DNA of 64,000 nucleotides from Paraspadella gotoi (lineage: Eukaryota; Animalia; Chaetognatha): NCBI GenBank assembly GCA_051294375.1, contig CM119268.1, positions 17,486,502 to 17,550,501 of the forward strand, given 5' to 3'. Positions 50,344-64,000 of the stretch are shown here, piece after piece; the first letter of the stretch is position 1, and every line of letters starts with the position of its first letter. The translations under genes and the position numbers were made by a program. The notes beneath the pieces are model-generated. The model saw nothing but the letters and a program-made list of their open reading frames with translations, was not told where the DNA came from and made no database searches.

Positions 50344-53300
50344 TTAGTGGCTCCCGGCTTTTTTGCACTCAGTGACGCATTCTTCCGGCGCAGTTTTGGC
50401 AGCGTCTTGCTTCCTGTGTCTCTTCAGTTTCATCTGATGAAAAGACATTTAACTCTTAAATTAAAGTATTTTCATCAATGTAAAAAAACTATTCAACATT
50501 CATTTGCCGATAACGACAGATAACTGACCTGTCGGCAAACATCATTGCAGGCATGAGTCTTGAAGAAGCGATCCATCCCTTGACGTCCAAGATTAGTTTT
50601 CGTGAACCGCGTGACGTCAGTGCAGTGAATGACGGGATCCGTGAGACGGAACACGTCACCAGATTTGACCCCTTGAAGATCGACCACCTTTAAGAAATTT
50701 AATTAAGAACTGGAAACTATTTGTATAATTATTATATAATAATATGATCATTGCCGTCTTAAAAAAAGTATTTAAACTATTGAGTTAGAATTAATACTTT
50801 TAGAAATGTGTCAATAACTTTCTTTCGTTGTGTGGTAATTAATAGAAAGAGTTTGAACTTTATTTCGCCAACGATTTTATTTCATAGTGAAACGTACATG
50901 TTTCGACTGTTAGTGCGAGTCTTCATCAGCGTTAACATGTACGTTTTAATATGAAATAAAATCTTTGTCGAAATAAAATTCAAACTCTTTCTATTACTTT
51001 TAGAATTGAATAACATTTTTGACCTGCATGAATCCACCAGTAACGTCATAACTCCAGTGACTAAACGCGTGGATGAGAGAGTGATACTCCTTCTCATTTA
51101 CGTAGCCCCAGTTGTTGTTATACTTAGTGTATTCCCCCTCGATCATAGCTTCTTTTGTGAAATAAGATGGCTTTTCTCGTTTGTGAAAACTCACAAGAGA
51201 TTCCTTTAGAAACTTGACGTCTTTGTAGCCTGTGGGTTTCACCTAATAAGTCATAACCACCAGTAGGAAATGGAATAATTGAACACGAAAAGGGGATCTC
51301 TTATAACGTTAATGTTTTTTTGATGTGTTTTGTGATCATTGTTAACGTCCTAATAAAATAATAAATATATTTAATACTTAAATGGAAAAAAAAATTTGTA
51401 TTTTCACAAAAAAGAATAAAACTAAAAACAAGTTAAGTTTTTTTTTTGTTTGTTTTTACTTAAAAAAAGTTTGAAAAACTAACCTTGTTAAATTGCATTG
51501 CGAGGTGCATCCCGATCGCCTGCACTTCGATCTGGTCGACATAGTTTTCTTTAGAGTTGATCCTCCCACCGAGGTGGAGAAACTCTTTTAGGACACAAAC
51601 TTTGCTGGAGTCTTCGACGGGTTCGTTTCCGTCGAAGGGCGTGACATCTAGGCCGTAATAGGCGAGTCTGTTGGCGCCTTTGGCGAAGGGTTTGTCCGCG
51701 ATCTTCAACAAACGATCTTTTTTCGACAACTTCAAGGGTTCCTTCAAAAGGTCCACGTCAATGCCTCCCGCTCGAAAGAGACCTTTATTCATTCTCGGGA
51801 GCTCGTGGTCAAAGACGCAGACCTGCTCGGCCGTGAGCCTGTTCCATCTCGGAAAGGCGTCTTCGAGGACGAATTCCTTCAAAGGCTTGGAGGAGTCGCC
51901 CATGTTCATCATCGCGGAAATGGTGGTGGATTCGACGGAGCTGATGGTGGAAGAGACCGACTCCAGAGCGGTCGGCATAAGTTCCACGACGGATTCCAGA
52001 GACATCTCCTTGAACCAATCGTCGCTTGAGATTTCTTTGAAGATGTTGATCATTTGATCGGTGTATTCCGTCAGACGCATGAAGATATAAAAAGCCACCT
52101 TAGTTTTCTGTCGCAAAGATGGAAGGAGGATCTCGGGTGTGAGACCATTTGGATCTCCCCCTGGATATGGATCACTCAATCCTGTTCTAATGTGAAACTT
52201 TCTCCCGTGACCCGACACGTCACACACATGAATCAAAATGCGACTCAAGGGGGCGCTCCAAGACAATTTAGAGACTTGATTCAAACCTCCCATGACATCA
52301 GCGGTGTGACTGCAGCCGCCCCTGGCCTGGATGCTGGCCACGTAATTCTTGAATTGCACGACGGAATTCGTGAAGGGTAGAATGGAATAATTTCTGGTTC
52401 CATCGCACAGATCGCGATATCCCACGAAAGCTAAATTGATCGCGTGAACATCCGTGTGCTTCTTGATGATCTCGCTGACCAACCACTCGATCTTGGACTT
52501 GACTTCGTCGATGTAGCTCGCCATACTTCCGGTGCAGTCGAGCAAGAAGCAAATATCGACGATCGAAGCTTTTTTGATGGCGAGCATGACTTGAGCGATT
52601 TCGTTCCTTCGCTTCTTCATCTTTTCCGCCTTCATCTTCTCACGGGCGATGCTGTCTCCCAAGACAAACGTCCGCGAAGCTGTGTCGACGGTCTCCTCCT
52701 GCAGCCGACAGTTCTCCGCCTGCAGCTTCTTCAGCTCCGCCTCCATTTGCTTTACCTTGCCTCTCTCCTGCTTCTCCTTGGCCGACAGCAATCTCCGTTG
52801 CTCCTTTATCGCTTCGTTCAGCTGCTTCTCGACGTCGTCGTCGTCGTCATCTTCATTCCGATTGGATCGTCGACGTTCGTTCGCCGAGACAGGGTATCCT
52901 CCTCGACCTTGCCCTCTTCCTCCTCTTCCTCTTTTGTTTCCCCGCCAAGCGTTTTTCCCCCTTCCCGCCTTTTGGTATTGGTCGTTTCCATAAAAATCGA
53001 CTTGGTTTTCGGGAAGTTGCCAAGCGTGGTAAGGTGGATACTGAGGATACTGCGGATGCCCTCCGTAGCCGTAATGCGGAAAATGCCGAGGGTCCGGCGA
53101 AAAGGAAGACGGATGATTCGGGAATTCCGGAGCTTGGCCGTAATCGACGCCGCCGACTGCGCCGAGTTCGCTGTAGGCGGGAGGAGCCTCGTCTTTGCTT
53201 TTGTTTAAATTTAAGAAAAGTTATGGAAGGAGGATAAGTAGTTTTAACTATTGTAATCAGTAATTTGTACAACAGCAAACATTTTCTCGGTTTCAGTATA

Positions 53301-53594
53301 AATTAATGTGGGGGTGGGGGCGACCTCCCCTTTTACCGGGGACACTTCACAATTAGAAAACGTGATACTTTGATAGGTTTTTCACCTGCCGCGTTTCTTC
53401 TCTTTTCCCTTGGCTGCGCTTTTTTTGCCAGTTTGTGACTCCATCAGATGCAATTTCTGTTGCAGATTCCTAATGATTTCGTCTTTGTCGGCGTCGGCTT
53501 CCGGACGCGTCACTGTCGTCCGGCGACTGTCGCAAAATCCGGCGGCGGCGTCGTCGTCATCAGAGGACGAACTGTCTGTCGCATGTGGATCCAT
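50344..53594 (-). CDS. vWA-domain alpha-kinase, paralogue B, about 796 aa, 5 exons
   Basis: Exons 53594-53386, 53197-51484, 51242-51024, 50687-50529 and 50433-50344 join in frame with the same intron phases as paralogue A. Motifs DCTGSM, PFAKGANRLAY, KYNNNWG, FSHWSY, DLQG, TDP, NLG and HACNDVC. Confidence 0.95.
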
Positions 53595-53599
53595 GACTA

Positions 53600-53774
53600 A
53601 TGGATTATAAACAATCGGATTTTTGTTTTTATTTTAATAAAATAAACTTCAAACTTTTTTTAAAAGAAAAAGATGTAATGATTGAACAAATATACAAGAA
53701 GAGGATTTTACTTTTGATTCAGGAAGACGCAAAAAAAAATAGCCGATTCTCTTAGCTGTTTGTAAGTAAGAGAG

Positions 53775-53844
<70 letters not shown>

Positions 53845-54033
53845 CGCAGTAAGTGAAAATTCCAAATTCCAAACTGAAAATTTCATTTATAGAAATAAAA
53901 GACAGCAAATTCATGGATTGACGGCGAGAAAGAATTTGAAAAATTGTCAACAACAATCGTTCGAGAAACAAGTTTAAAAAATGTTAATAAAGGATCGAGT
54001 GACTCAGCTCGGCGAAAGTCTGGAAGGAAGAGA

Positions 54034-54070
<37 letters not shown>

Positions 54071-54823
54071 GTGTGGGTCGTACATTTTCTGTGCCGGATA
54101 TTTCTCAGAAATGATTGAACTCCCAGCGATGCTGGATTGCTATTCGTGTTGCAACTCGCACATTCTGGATCATTGATCTTGAATGAGGAAGAAACAGCCA
54201 GATATTATCTTTGACAAGTTTAAATTAAGTTTAGTTATATAATTTTGAAGAATTTTCGATGATTCGCTTACTTCATCATATTTTTAGAATGTTTTTTAGA
54301 CATTTTTAATTTTCAGTTGTCTAGTTGGGTTGTGTGTGTGTGAGTCGGTGTGTGCGTGTGTGATTGTTTGCACAATTATGAGACTCCTGTTCCTCATTGG
54401 ATCTTCTCTTCAGACTTCTCTTGATATGCATCTCAAGACAGTACAACTTCACTAAACTTTCGTGCCGCCTCTTTTTAGCCTGAACTCTTGCTACACTTCA
54501 AACTCACCGTCAGGAGCAACGAAACCTCATTTACCAAAAGGCGTCACCTCCTACAATTACCGCCAACCGTCCCCCCCTCACCAACCATCACACCCCCTCC
54601 TTGTTCGAACGGAAAATAACGTCTCACGCGCGCACGCTCAGGGGAAATAAAGAGAAAGAAGAGCGCACGCGGACCGCCGATGAACCTGAGCGCGAGAGCC
54701 AACGGCCGCCGAGAACATGAGCCGCCGATTCCGAAGAGAGGCGCGCGCCCTTGGCAGTGGGTTGGCGGAAAGCAACCCGCACCGAAGTCCGAAGAGAGAG
54801 AGAGCAGAGAGAGAGACGAGAGC

Positions 54824-54855
<32 letters not shown>

Positions 54856-56656
54856 AGAGAGAGAGAAGAGAGAAGAGCCATAACGCGCTTCGGACGCGGC
54901 TCCCGCTTGCCGGAAAAGCCGCTGAGCGCCGCTTCTCCTCGCCCCGGAGGGAAAAGACTTAATGAAAAATGGCGAAAGGGGGCGGAGGGGATTCGTAAAA
55001 TGGGGTAGGGGTGGGAGGAGAAGAGAGTGTTAAAGGGGAAAAGTGTTAAAATTAGGAGTTAGACGGTGAGAGAGTTGATTCCAGAATAGTGTGGCGTGAG
55101 TAGTAACTATGGATACAGAAGATTGTGGGACCCGCAGGTGTGCATTCAATGTGGAAGAGTTTGAGAGAAAATTGGAATGTGGAAAACATGAGGAAAGGGT
55201 GAGGAAGGGGTGAGGAAAGGGTGAGGAAAGGGTGAGGAAAGGGTAAGGTCGAGAAGAGGAAGTGATAAGGGGTGGGGGAGTTGGATAGAGGGAGGTTTGG
55301 AGTGAGAGAGTATGAGAGCGAGGAGTTGAATTCGTAGAGAAGAAAAACGAGAAAGCATGNNNNNNNNNNNNNNNNNNNNNNNNNNNNNNNNNNNNNNNNN
55401 NNNNNNNNNNNNNNNNNNNNNNNNNNNNNNNNNNNNNNNNNNNNNNNNNNNNNNNNNNNNNNNNNNNNNNNNNNNNNNNNNNNNNNNNNNNNNNNNNNNN
55501 NNNNNNNNNNNNNNNNNNNNNNNNNNNNNNNNNNNNNNNNNNNNNNNNNNCTTAGTACTCTCCTCTGCCTTTACTGTATTCGCGAATACGTGTTCTGCAC
55601 AAACCGTAATAAAATTACAATGAAAATATACTTTCTCTTTTTTACGATTCTCGCTATCATTAAAAATATGATAATATTGATAAATATAAAAATGATAGTA
55701 TTGATGTTAATATATATTTTTATTCTACCGTGGGGTACTTGACAGTTATCGGATAACCTGGTAAATAGCAGCCGATAGTCTAATGAGGATGATACAAAAT
55801 TAAAACCTCCAACGATTTAAAAAAAAAAGAACCGAAATGAACCGTGGCGACATCTCTTCCTCGCTTCACGACTCAGTCTCCTCAGCCGAACGTAAAAAAA
55901 AGGGGACATCTGCGTCTCGTCAAAATTTGACGTTTTTCTCGCTTCCGTCGATTCGCTTCCTCGGTATCTCGCTCCTCTTTAATTTCTCTCTCTCTNNNNN
56001 NNNNNNNNNNNNNNNNNNNNCAAAAAAAAGGGAAAAAAAATTATAGAAACGTGGAAAGAAGAAAGAAATGCGCGTTGATATGGGGTGGAAGTTGAGTTGA
56101 GGATGTGTGGGCGTGAAAGGGAGAGTGAAACAGAAGAGAGAGAGAGGAGAGAGAGAGAGAGGAGAGAGAGAAGAGAGGAGAGAGAGAGAGAGAGAGAGAG
56201 AAATAAAGAGGAGCGAGATACCGAGGAAGCGAATGACGGAAGCGAGATTTTTACGAGACGCAGATGTCCCCTTTTTTTTACGTTCGGTCTGAGGAGACTG
56301 AGTCGTGAAGCGAGGAGAGATGTCGCCACGGTTCATTTCGGTTCTTTTTTTTTTAAATCGTTGGAAGGTTTAATTTTGTATCATCGCTCATTAACTAAAT
56401 CGGCTTGTATTTACACAGGTTTATCCGATAACGTCCAAGTCCGCACGGTAAAAATAAAATATATATTAACATCAATACTATCATTTTTATATTTATCAAT
56501 ATTAATCATATTTTTAATGAGGAGAATCGTAAAAAGAGAAAGTATAATTTTCATTGTAATTTTATTAGGTTTGTGGCAGACAACGTATTTCGCGAATACA
56601 GTAAAGGCAGAGGAAGAGTACTAATAAGAGAAGACAAGACACTATTCAGAGAGAGA

Positions 56657-56715
<59 letters not shown>

Positions 56716-58590
56716 AGAGTAAATCATGAGCTTCTCTACGTTTTCTTCTGCTACAGGAATCAACTCCTCGCATCTCATACTCTCTCCGCTTCCAAACCTC
56801 CGCTTATCCACACTCCCACATCCCACTTATCACTCCCTTGTCTCGAACTTACCCTTTCCGTCACCATTTCCTCACTTTCTCATCCCTCGAGACCCTTCCA
56901 TCACGCCTTTCCTGCAATGTTTTGCAATTCCAATTTTCTCTCAAAACTCTTCTCAGCATTGGAATGCACCAATGCGGGTCCACATCTGGTATGATAGTTT
57001 ACTACTCACGCCACTATTCTGGAATCACATCCATCTACAGCGTCTAACTCCGCCTAATTTTTAACAACTTTTCCCTTTTACACTCTCTTTCCTTCCACCC
57101 CTAAACACCCCCATTGATTACGAATCCTACGCTTTCGCCATTATGTTCATTAGTCTTTTCGCTCGGGGCGAGAGAGCGGCGCTCACAGGAGTGCTTTCCG
57201 CAGCGGGAGCGCGATCGCGAAGACGCGGCTCTCTCTACTCTCTCTCGTCTCTCTCTTCTCTCTCTTCTCTCTCTCTCGCATCTCTCTCATCTCTCTCTCT
57301 CTCTTCGCGACTTCACGGTGCGGTTGCTTTCGCAACCCACGCCAAAGCGGCTCGCGCGCCTCTCTGCGGAATCGGCGGCTCATTTCTTCGGCGGCTCGTT
57401 GAGCTCTCGCCGCTCAGGTTCTCGGCGGTCACCTGCAGTCCTTCTTTTCTCTTTATTTCCCCTAGCGGCGCGCGCGGAGAACGTTAGTTTTCGTTGAGAC
57501 AAGGAGGGGGTGTATGTTGGTGAGGGGGGGGCGGTTGGCGGTAATTGTAGTGGTGACGCTTTTGGATAATGAGGTTCGTGCTCCTGACGGTGAGTTTGAA
57601 GTGTCGAGCAAAGTTCAGGGCTAAATAAGAGGCGGCACAGAAGTTTAGTGAGTTGTCTGTCTTGGAATGCATTCAAGAGAGTCTGAAGAAGAAGAATCCA
57701 ATGAGGAACAGGAGTCTACATAGTGCAAGCACAAATCACACACGAGACACACCGACTCACAAAACACAACCCAATAGACAACTGAAAATTAAAAAATGTC
57801 TAAAAGAACATTCTAAAAATAATGATGAAGTAAGCGAATCATACGGAAATTCTTAAAATTATAATAACTAAACTTAATTTAAACATTGTCAAAGATAATA
57901 TCTGGCTGTTTCTCCTCATTCAAGATCAATGATTCCAGAATGTGTCGAGTTGCAAACACGAATGAGCAAATCGCAGCATGGCTGGGGAGTTCAATCATTG
58001 TCTGAGAAATTCCGGCAGCATACACGACAAATGTACGACCGCACACACAGTCTACTCTCTCTCTTCTCATCTCATCTCTCTCTCTCTTATCTCTCTTCTC
58101 TACTCGTCTATCTCTCTCTCTCTCTTCTGCTTCTCTCTTCCCTATCCGACTTCGCCGAGCTGAGTCACTCGATCCTTTATTAATTTTTTTAAACTTGTTT
58201 CTTGCGAACGATTGTTTTTTGACAATTTTCAAATTCTTCTCGCCGTACAATTCACTAATTGCTCTTTTTAATATTTTAGTGGCTATTAAATGAAATTTTT
58301 CAGTTTGGAATTTGGAATTTCGTACTTACTGCTCACCTCTTCTCTTCTTCTCTCTCTGCTTCTCGTCTGTCATCTCTCAGTCTTTTCTCTCATCTCTCTC
58401 TCTCTTCTCTTATTACAAAACAGCATAAGAGAATCGGCTATTTTTTGGTTCTTCCTGAATCAAGTAAAATCAGGTCTTCCTTGTATATGTTGTTCTCATT
58501 ACATCTTTTTCTATTTAAAGAAAAGTTTAAGGTTTATTTAATTTGATATTAAAGAGCAAAAATCGATGTGTTATATCAAATCAGTTTAAG
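53600..58590. repeat. About 2.4-kb-arm inverted repeat centred on the 25-N gap 55996-56020
   Basis: 56190-56625 mirrors 55995-55551, and 56725-58590 mirrors 55359-53600, with frequent indels. Confidence 0.88.
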
Positions 58591-58866
58591 TGCCATTTTT
58601 CTCTTTTTTCTTAAAAGCAGCTTTATTATTTTTCTTTCTCATTTTTCTCTCACGTGTGAGTGTTTTTCATCCTCACCTCGTGATCTCATCTCGTCCGCTC
58701 TTTCTCCTTACCTCGGATCACTTACCCACAATTTAGCTCTTCCTCGTCTTCGTCTTCTCTCCTCTCCTCTCCTCCTCTCATTCCTCCCTTCTTCACCCGT
58801 TCGCCCGTAAAAACCTCACACGACGACGACGACAACAACGACAACGAGGACGACGCGAATCCATGA

Positions 58867-59290
58867 TTAGGGGAAGAGAATGTGAGACAAGATTCGCCAG
58901 CGATTTTTTCCAACGTCGTCGTCGTCGTTGTCGTCGTCGTCGTTGTCATCGTTGTCTTCCTTTACTAACTTAATTTTGGTTTTGTTTTCAACTAGCGAAT
59001 ACAAATCTCTAACAAATTTATTTAAGTTTACAATTTCTTTAAAGTCGTCATCTTCGTCGTCAACTTCGTCGTCATCTTCATCTTCATCTTCGTCATCGTC
59101 GTCTTCGTCGAATAAAAGATGATTAAACGCTCCTCCATGATGAGGGTCACGTGATCAGGTCTCGTGACAGATTCGCACCTGCGTCGAGGAATCGTCGACG
59201 AAGACGACAACGACGACGACGAGAATGCGGACGACGATGAAGACGACGACGAGAGCTCTGCTGCTGCGGTTTCCGCGGTGGTCGTTGCTG
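58867..59290 (-). CDS. Possible terminal exon encoding a Ser- then Asp/Glu-rich region of an unidentified gene (further candidate exons to about 63900)
   Basis: A minus frame reads FNHLLFDEDDDDEDEDEDDDEVDDEDDDFKEIVNLNKFVRDLYSLVENKTKIKLVKEDNDD...ILSHILFP* downstream of an acceptor-like (ct)n-tggcag. A frameshift is needed to join it to the upstream part. Confidence 0.3.
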
Positions 59291-59308
59291 CGGCAGACTA
59301 TTCCACTG

Positions 59309-59420
<112 letters not shown>

Positions 59421-62400
59421 GTCATTGTCTTCGATGTCGCGACTTCGGAAAATGGGCGCCTTGACTAACGACGTCGTCACTGGGAACGGAAGCGCTTTCA
59501 AAGGCGGGGAGTGAAACTGTGAGAGTGAAGAAGATCCAAGGCCGGAGTGAAACTATGTAGAGCGGAAGTACATGGAAGAACAGAGGAGGATCTAGAAAGG
59601 GAGTCAAACGACGAGGGAGAGTGAAAAGAGATTGATATTCACTTCACAAAAGTTGAGAAGTAGACGTAATGAACAGGAAGAGAAAAGACGAGAAGAGTGA
59701 AATTAGTGATTAAAGTTACAATTCAATTGAAGGTAGAATTACAAAATAAATGAAGTTTAGATTAAAACACAAATTGAAATTTGATTGAAAAAAGCAAAGA
59801 AAGGAGAGGGGAGTCTTGTCAGAGAGAAAGAAAAAAGAAGAAGACGATCACAAGGCGCCGCAACGGCGATAATCATTTTCGGTTATGCCCTGTTCCTAAA
59901 ATTCGTTCTTGCTGCAATTTGTTTTTTGTCCCATTTAATTTTTTTTTATTATTAACCGTTTTCGTCAAAGTTTTTCCTTATTTTTCATAGCTTGCTTCTC
60001 CTCCCAAAATACCTAATCCCTCGGAAAAACTCGGAAGTCCGAAGCGAATGAAGATAACCTTTTCGTTTCATTTCCTTTCCTCCGTTTGACCTTTTCCCTT
60101 TTCTCTTTTCCTCCCTTTTTTTCTTTTAAATCTGCCTCTAGACTTTAGTCCGTACCTTATTCTCGAGGGTCGTTTGACCTTTNNNNNNNNNNNNNNNNNN
60201 NNNNNNNNNNNNNNNNNNNNNNNNNNNNNNNNNNNNNNNNNNNNNNNNNNNNNNNNNNNNNNNNNNNNNNNNNNNNNNNNNNNNNNNNNNNNNNNNNNNN
60301 NNNNNNNNNNNNNNNNNNNNNNNNNNNNNNNNNNNNNNNNNNNNNNNNNNNNNNNNNNNNNNNNNNNNNNNNNNNNNNNNNNNNNNNNNNNNNNNNNNNN
60401 AACAAAAAATGGTGGATGTGAATGTGACCAATTGTTGGCCTGTTTAGAAATTATTTATTTCTATTGAACTATATCTTGACTGTTTAAAATCTGAAATTCA
60501 TTAGGACCTTTGAATTTCGTTATCCCGAAAAAGCCCAGTCCGTTTCCAGGCAACGACCTCGTTGTCAACGGAGTTGTTGTTCTTTTTTTCATGTTCTGCA
60601 TTTAATCTTTCTTCTCTGAACCCCCGGTCGGCCGCCTCCCATTTTCGCCCAGTTTTTTTTTATTTCTTTCTCGTCTCACCCACCCTGTCTCCTCCGGCAC
60701 CCACCCTGGTCTCTCCATCCCCCCCCCTCGTTCTGACCCTTGGACCCAAAAAATCCCATTTTGGAAACGACTTTGAAAGCAAACGATGTGCAAATGAGAC
60801 GAGGAGGGAGACCGATGGGGTGGAGGCCGGAGGGGTATTGGAAAGGGTGGGGCTGGGTGGAATTGGTGGTTGGGGTGAGTAGTATGTGAGAATTGGGGAA
60901 GTGGAAAAAGCAAACGAGGGGGAAAATCAAAGTAGGGGGGAAAAGGCTTGTGGAAATGCGCCTCAACTAATATATATTGCAATGAGGAAATTGGGAAAGC
61001 GGTGTAAGGATTTAAGCAACGATGGATATATGTGTGAGAGGGAGTTTGGGGAGGATGGTGACGAGATAGCGGGGTGACGGGGTGGTAATGAGGTGGGGCG
61101 GTGGGGCGGTAGGGCGGTGGGGCGGTGGGTAGTGTTAAGGGGGTGGGAGAAGGGAGATCAGAGTTGGAACAACAAACCTCCTTAGATGAGCGACGACCCG
61201 GACGACGGAGAACGAATATAAAAATATCGTGAAGAAGAAGAAGGGAAAGAAGAGGAGAGAGGAAGGGAAGGAAAATGGATATGAGAGGAAAGTGAAGGCG
61301 TAAAAAAAGGGAGGAGGAAAGAAAAGGGAGTAGAAATAAGAGGAGGGAGATAGAAAAATGAGGAGCCATTTCTCTTAGGAAAAAATACATGTACAATACG
61401 TGTAGAGAACTACACAGAAAATAATCAAAAAACATTAACTCAAACATTTAAAATTTTAAAATTTACATATGAGGGGTTACAAATTCACCTTTGTCATACA
61501 AATTCTGGTGTCAAAAATTAACTTGACAGTTTATTTGACTTGGAAGCTGCCGTCCGCTCAAACCTCCGACACCACCACCTCAGTCGCCGCCGCCGCCGCA
61601 GCCGCCGCCGCCGCCGCCGCCACCGCCACCGCCACCGCCTCTGCGGTCCGGCAATAACCGAAATATCCCCCGGACGTTGAACAACGTGAAACTCGCTTTG
61701 CGAACCCGTATTTCTTCCCCTTTTATTATCTATTTCCTTTCTCCTTTCTTTCGTCTTTCCTATATTTTCTTTCCTTTTTTCTTTTTTATTATCTCTTTTT
61801 TTTTTCTTACGTTATTCTCCGTCTGAGCCACCAGCAGTCTTTTGTTTTACTGCTTCTCTTATTTTACTTTTTCTTCTCGTTCTCTTTTATTTTTCCTTTT
61901 TCTAAAGAACATTCTTATTTCTGTTTTATTTTTGTATTTGCGTATAGATTTATTTTAATTATTTATTTATTTTCTTTTATTTTTTATTATTGGTCTTGTT
62001 CAGGTTTTTTTCTGGTCTTTATCTTTTTCCTTCTCTTCTTTTTTTTTCTTTTTATTTTCTCTCTTCCTTGGATTTTTCATATTTCTTTTTCCTCTTCTCC
62101 TTCCTTTCTTCTTCCCCTCCTCCCTTGGAACTTCTTCCAGTTTCTTGGCGTCGATGCTTCCGGCCATAAAACCCATTGTCCTCCCGTCAAAAACCGAGAG
62201 GAGACAGGAGAGGGATGTGAGGAGTGATAGGAGAGGGATGTGAGAAGTGATGGGAGGAAAGGGGAAGAGGGAGAAGAGAGTGGAGACTGAAGAGGGATAT
62301 GAGCAGTGATGGGAGGAAAAAGGAAGAGGGAAAGGAGAAAGGAGAAGGATGTGAGGAGTAAGGCGTAGTGAAAGTTACATACAAAAATTCTAAAAGTCAA

Positions 62401-62460
62401 TTATGAACAACATAACATCAGAAAACATTAATTTGTAAAAAAAAATAATTTTATGTTTTT

Positions 62461-62722
62461 TAATGAAATTGGTACAACCAATATAAAAATTATCCATTCA
62501 TTTAATAAATAAGCTATCTTGCCCCTGACTTTGGACAGGCTTTGGTGGTTTAAGGCCTCCATCACTCTTGCAAGATAATGACATAGCAGGTCCCTGCAAG
62601 CTTTCAATCAAGACTCTCTCACAGTCTCGTTTATTCACTCCCAGAGTACCTGGCTTCCCTATCAATGAAGTGGTATAATATTTCAAAAAATGTTTCAATT
62701 GTATGAAAAGACACTCCCTTAA
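62461..62722 (-). mobile_element. Long copy of the HINE-like dispersed repeat
   Basis: Nearly identical to 21026-21287 over about 260 bp with unrelated flanks. Confidence 0.65.
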
Positions 62723-63115
62723 TTTTCGCAGTAAGCTATATTTATATATAATACTATCCTTATAAAATAAAAAAAATTCAAAATAGGCTTTTTTTAATTT
62801 TGATTGCAGATTTGAATTCCTCGTCAAAAGTTGATAAAAGAAAATAAAAATCATTTTTAAAAATTCTTTCATTAAGTGGGTTAAAAATTAAAAAAACTAT
62901 ATTTAATATATAAAAAGTTCATTTTCAGCTTAAAATATAGCTTTTTCTAATTTTTGACCCACTTAATGAAGGAATTTTTCAAAAAGAGTTATATTTCTTT
63001 TTATCAACTTTTTATGACGAATCCAGATCTGCAAAAAAAAATTAGAAAAAACTATTTTGAAATTTTAATATTTATTGGTTTAGTACTAGTATAAATATGG
63101 CCTACTGCGTAAATT
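62721..63115. mobile_element. Diverged fold-back / MITE-like element, arms about 185 bp
   Basis: aattttcgcagtaagctatatttata...ttcattaagtgggttaaaaatt pairs with aatttttgacccacttaatgaa...tataaatatggcctactgcgtaaatt. Confidence 0.7.
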
Positions 63116-64000
63116 GTAAAATTTATTATAGATTTTTTTATTACATAAATATTCATTAGTATAATGTTGTTCGTTCCTCACTTTTAAAATTTAAAAGTTA
63201 AATTTAAATATTTTACTACGCCTTAGTGAGGAGTGATGGAACGAAAATGGAAGAGGGAGAAGAGAGAGGAAAGGGATATGAGGAGTGATGGAAGGAAAAG
63301 GGAAGAGGAGGATGAGATCGATGTGTGGAGAAACAGAGGGAGAGGGAACAGAGTGATAAAAGAAATAGGTAGATAGAAAAAAAGAGAAAAAGGCAGAAAG
63401 TGAAAAAAATAAGTACCAGTGAATCTTGTAAGTTATGAAAAAAGGAAAGAAACAATTAACTTTTCTAGAAAGAAAACAGAAAACACCGAAAAGGAGAAAC
63501 AGAAATTTAGAGAAAGCGGAAGAGGAGACACGAAACTCATAACTGGTCTCGAAAAAAAAAATGTGGAGAAGTGGAAAGAAAAAAAAGTAGAGAAGACGAA
63601 ACTTGTCCGTTAATTCGGAAAATAAAATGAATACATGGAATGATAATAATATCAAAATTGCTATTGTATCATTATTAATGACAAATCATGAATTTAAAAC
63701 TAGGTTTATGAATTTTTTTCAATTTATAGGTTGAAAAATACACTTATTAATTTACTAAACTGACAAACTTTTCATGAGAGAAGAAGAGCAGGTACAAACG
63801 ATAACTTTAGCGGATGACTCACTGCATTCAAACGATCCGAGGAAAGAAATGAGAGAGAAAAAGGAAGTGAAGAATAAAGAAAATAAACGAAAAAAAAATA
63901 TTCGGCTATAGAAGAAGAAGTTATGTGTGAAAGAAAAAATGAGAGGGAATAAATGAGAAGTAAAAAGCTTTATAGCTTTTTTGCCAAGTTTCGTCATTAC

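Noticed and set aside
50425-50450. CTGATGA...GAAA hammerhead-like core (also near 21463)
   Set aside because: No flanking stems; the 50434 site is simply the kinase B exon-5 acceptor read on the other strand.
52444-53208. 254-aa plus-strand ORF and other plus-strand ORFs over 47487-53237
   Set aside because: Antisense shadows of the GC-rich kinase exons.

Overview
This is eukaryotic, probably invertebrate animal, genomic DNA: AT-rich introns, GC-richer exons and abundant (GA)n/(GTC)n microsatellites. It comes from an error-rich, gap-filled long-read assembly with five 25-N gaps, frameshifting indels and three large fold-back or duplicated blocks that are probably partly artefactual. Genes were reconstructed by reading splice sites. 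On the minus strand there is a 4-exon nucleoplasmin-like gene (13376-15679, not in the ORF track). It stops only about 140 nt upstream of an SLC7/LAT-type amino-acid transporter (7 exons visible, 8731-12090, with two GC-AG introns). The spacer has operon-like architecture: AATAAA over the stop, a U-rich tract, then an unpaired AG 20 nt before the ATG. Also present are a large frameshifted low-complexity coding region (4141-8600), a 3-exon P-loop sulfotransferase-like gene in two divergent copies (28883-31493 and 42798-46066) and two genuine tandem vWA-alpha-kinase paralogues (46622-49574 and 50344-53594). Mobile DNA includes a TRIM-like mini LTR element, a TTAA-flanked Kolobok-like non-autonomous element, a dispersed Helentron/HINE-like repeat, a tRNA-headed insertion and two fold-back MITE-like hairpins. 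All annotation is by eye; no database searches were run.
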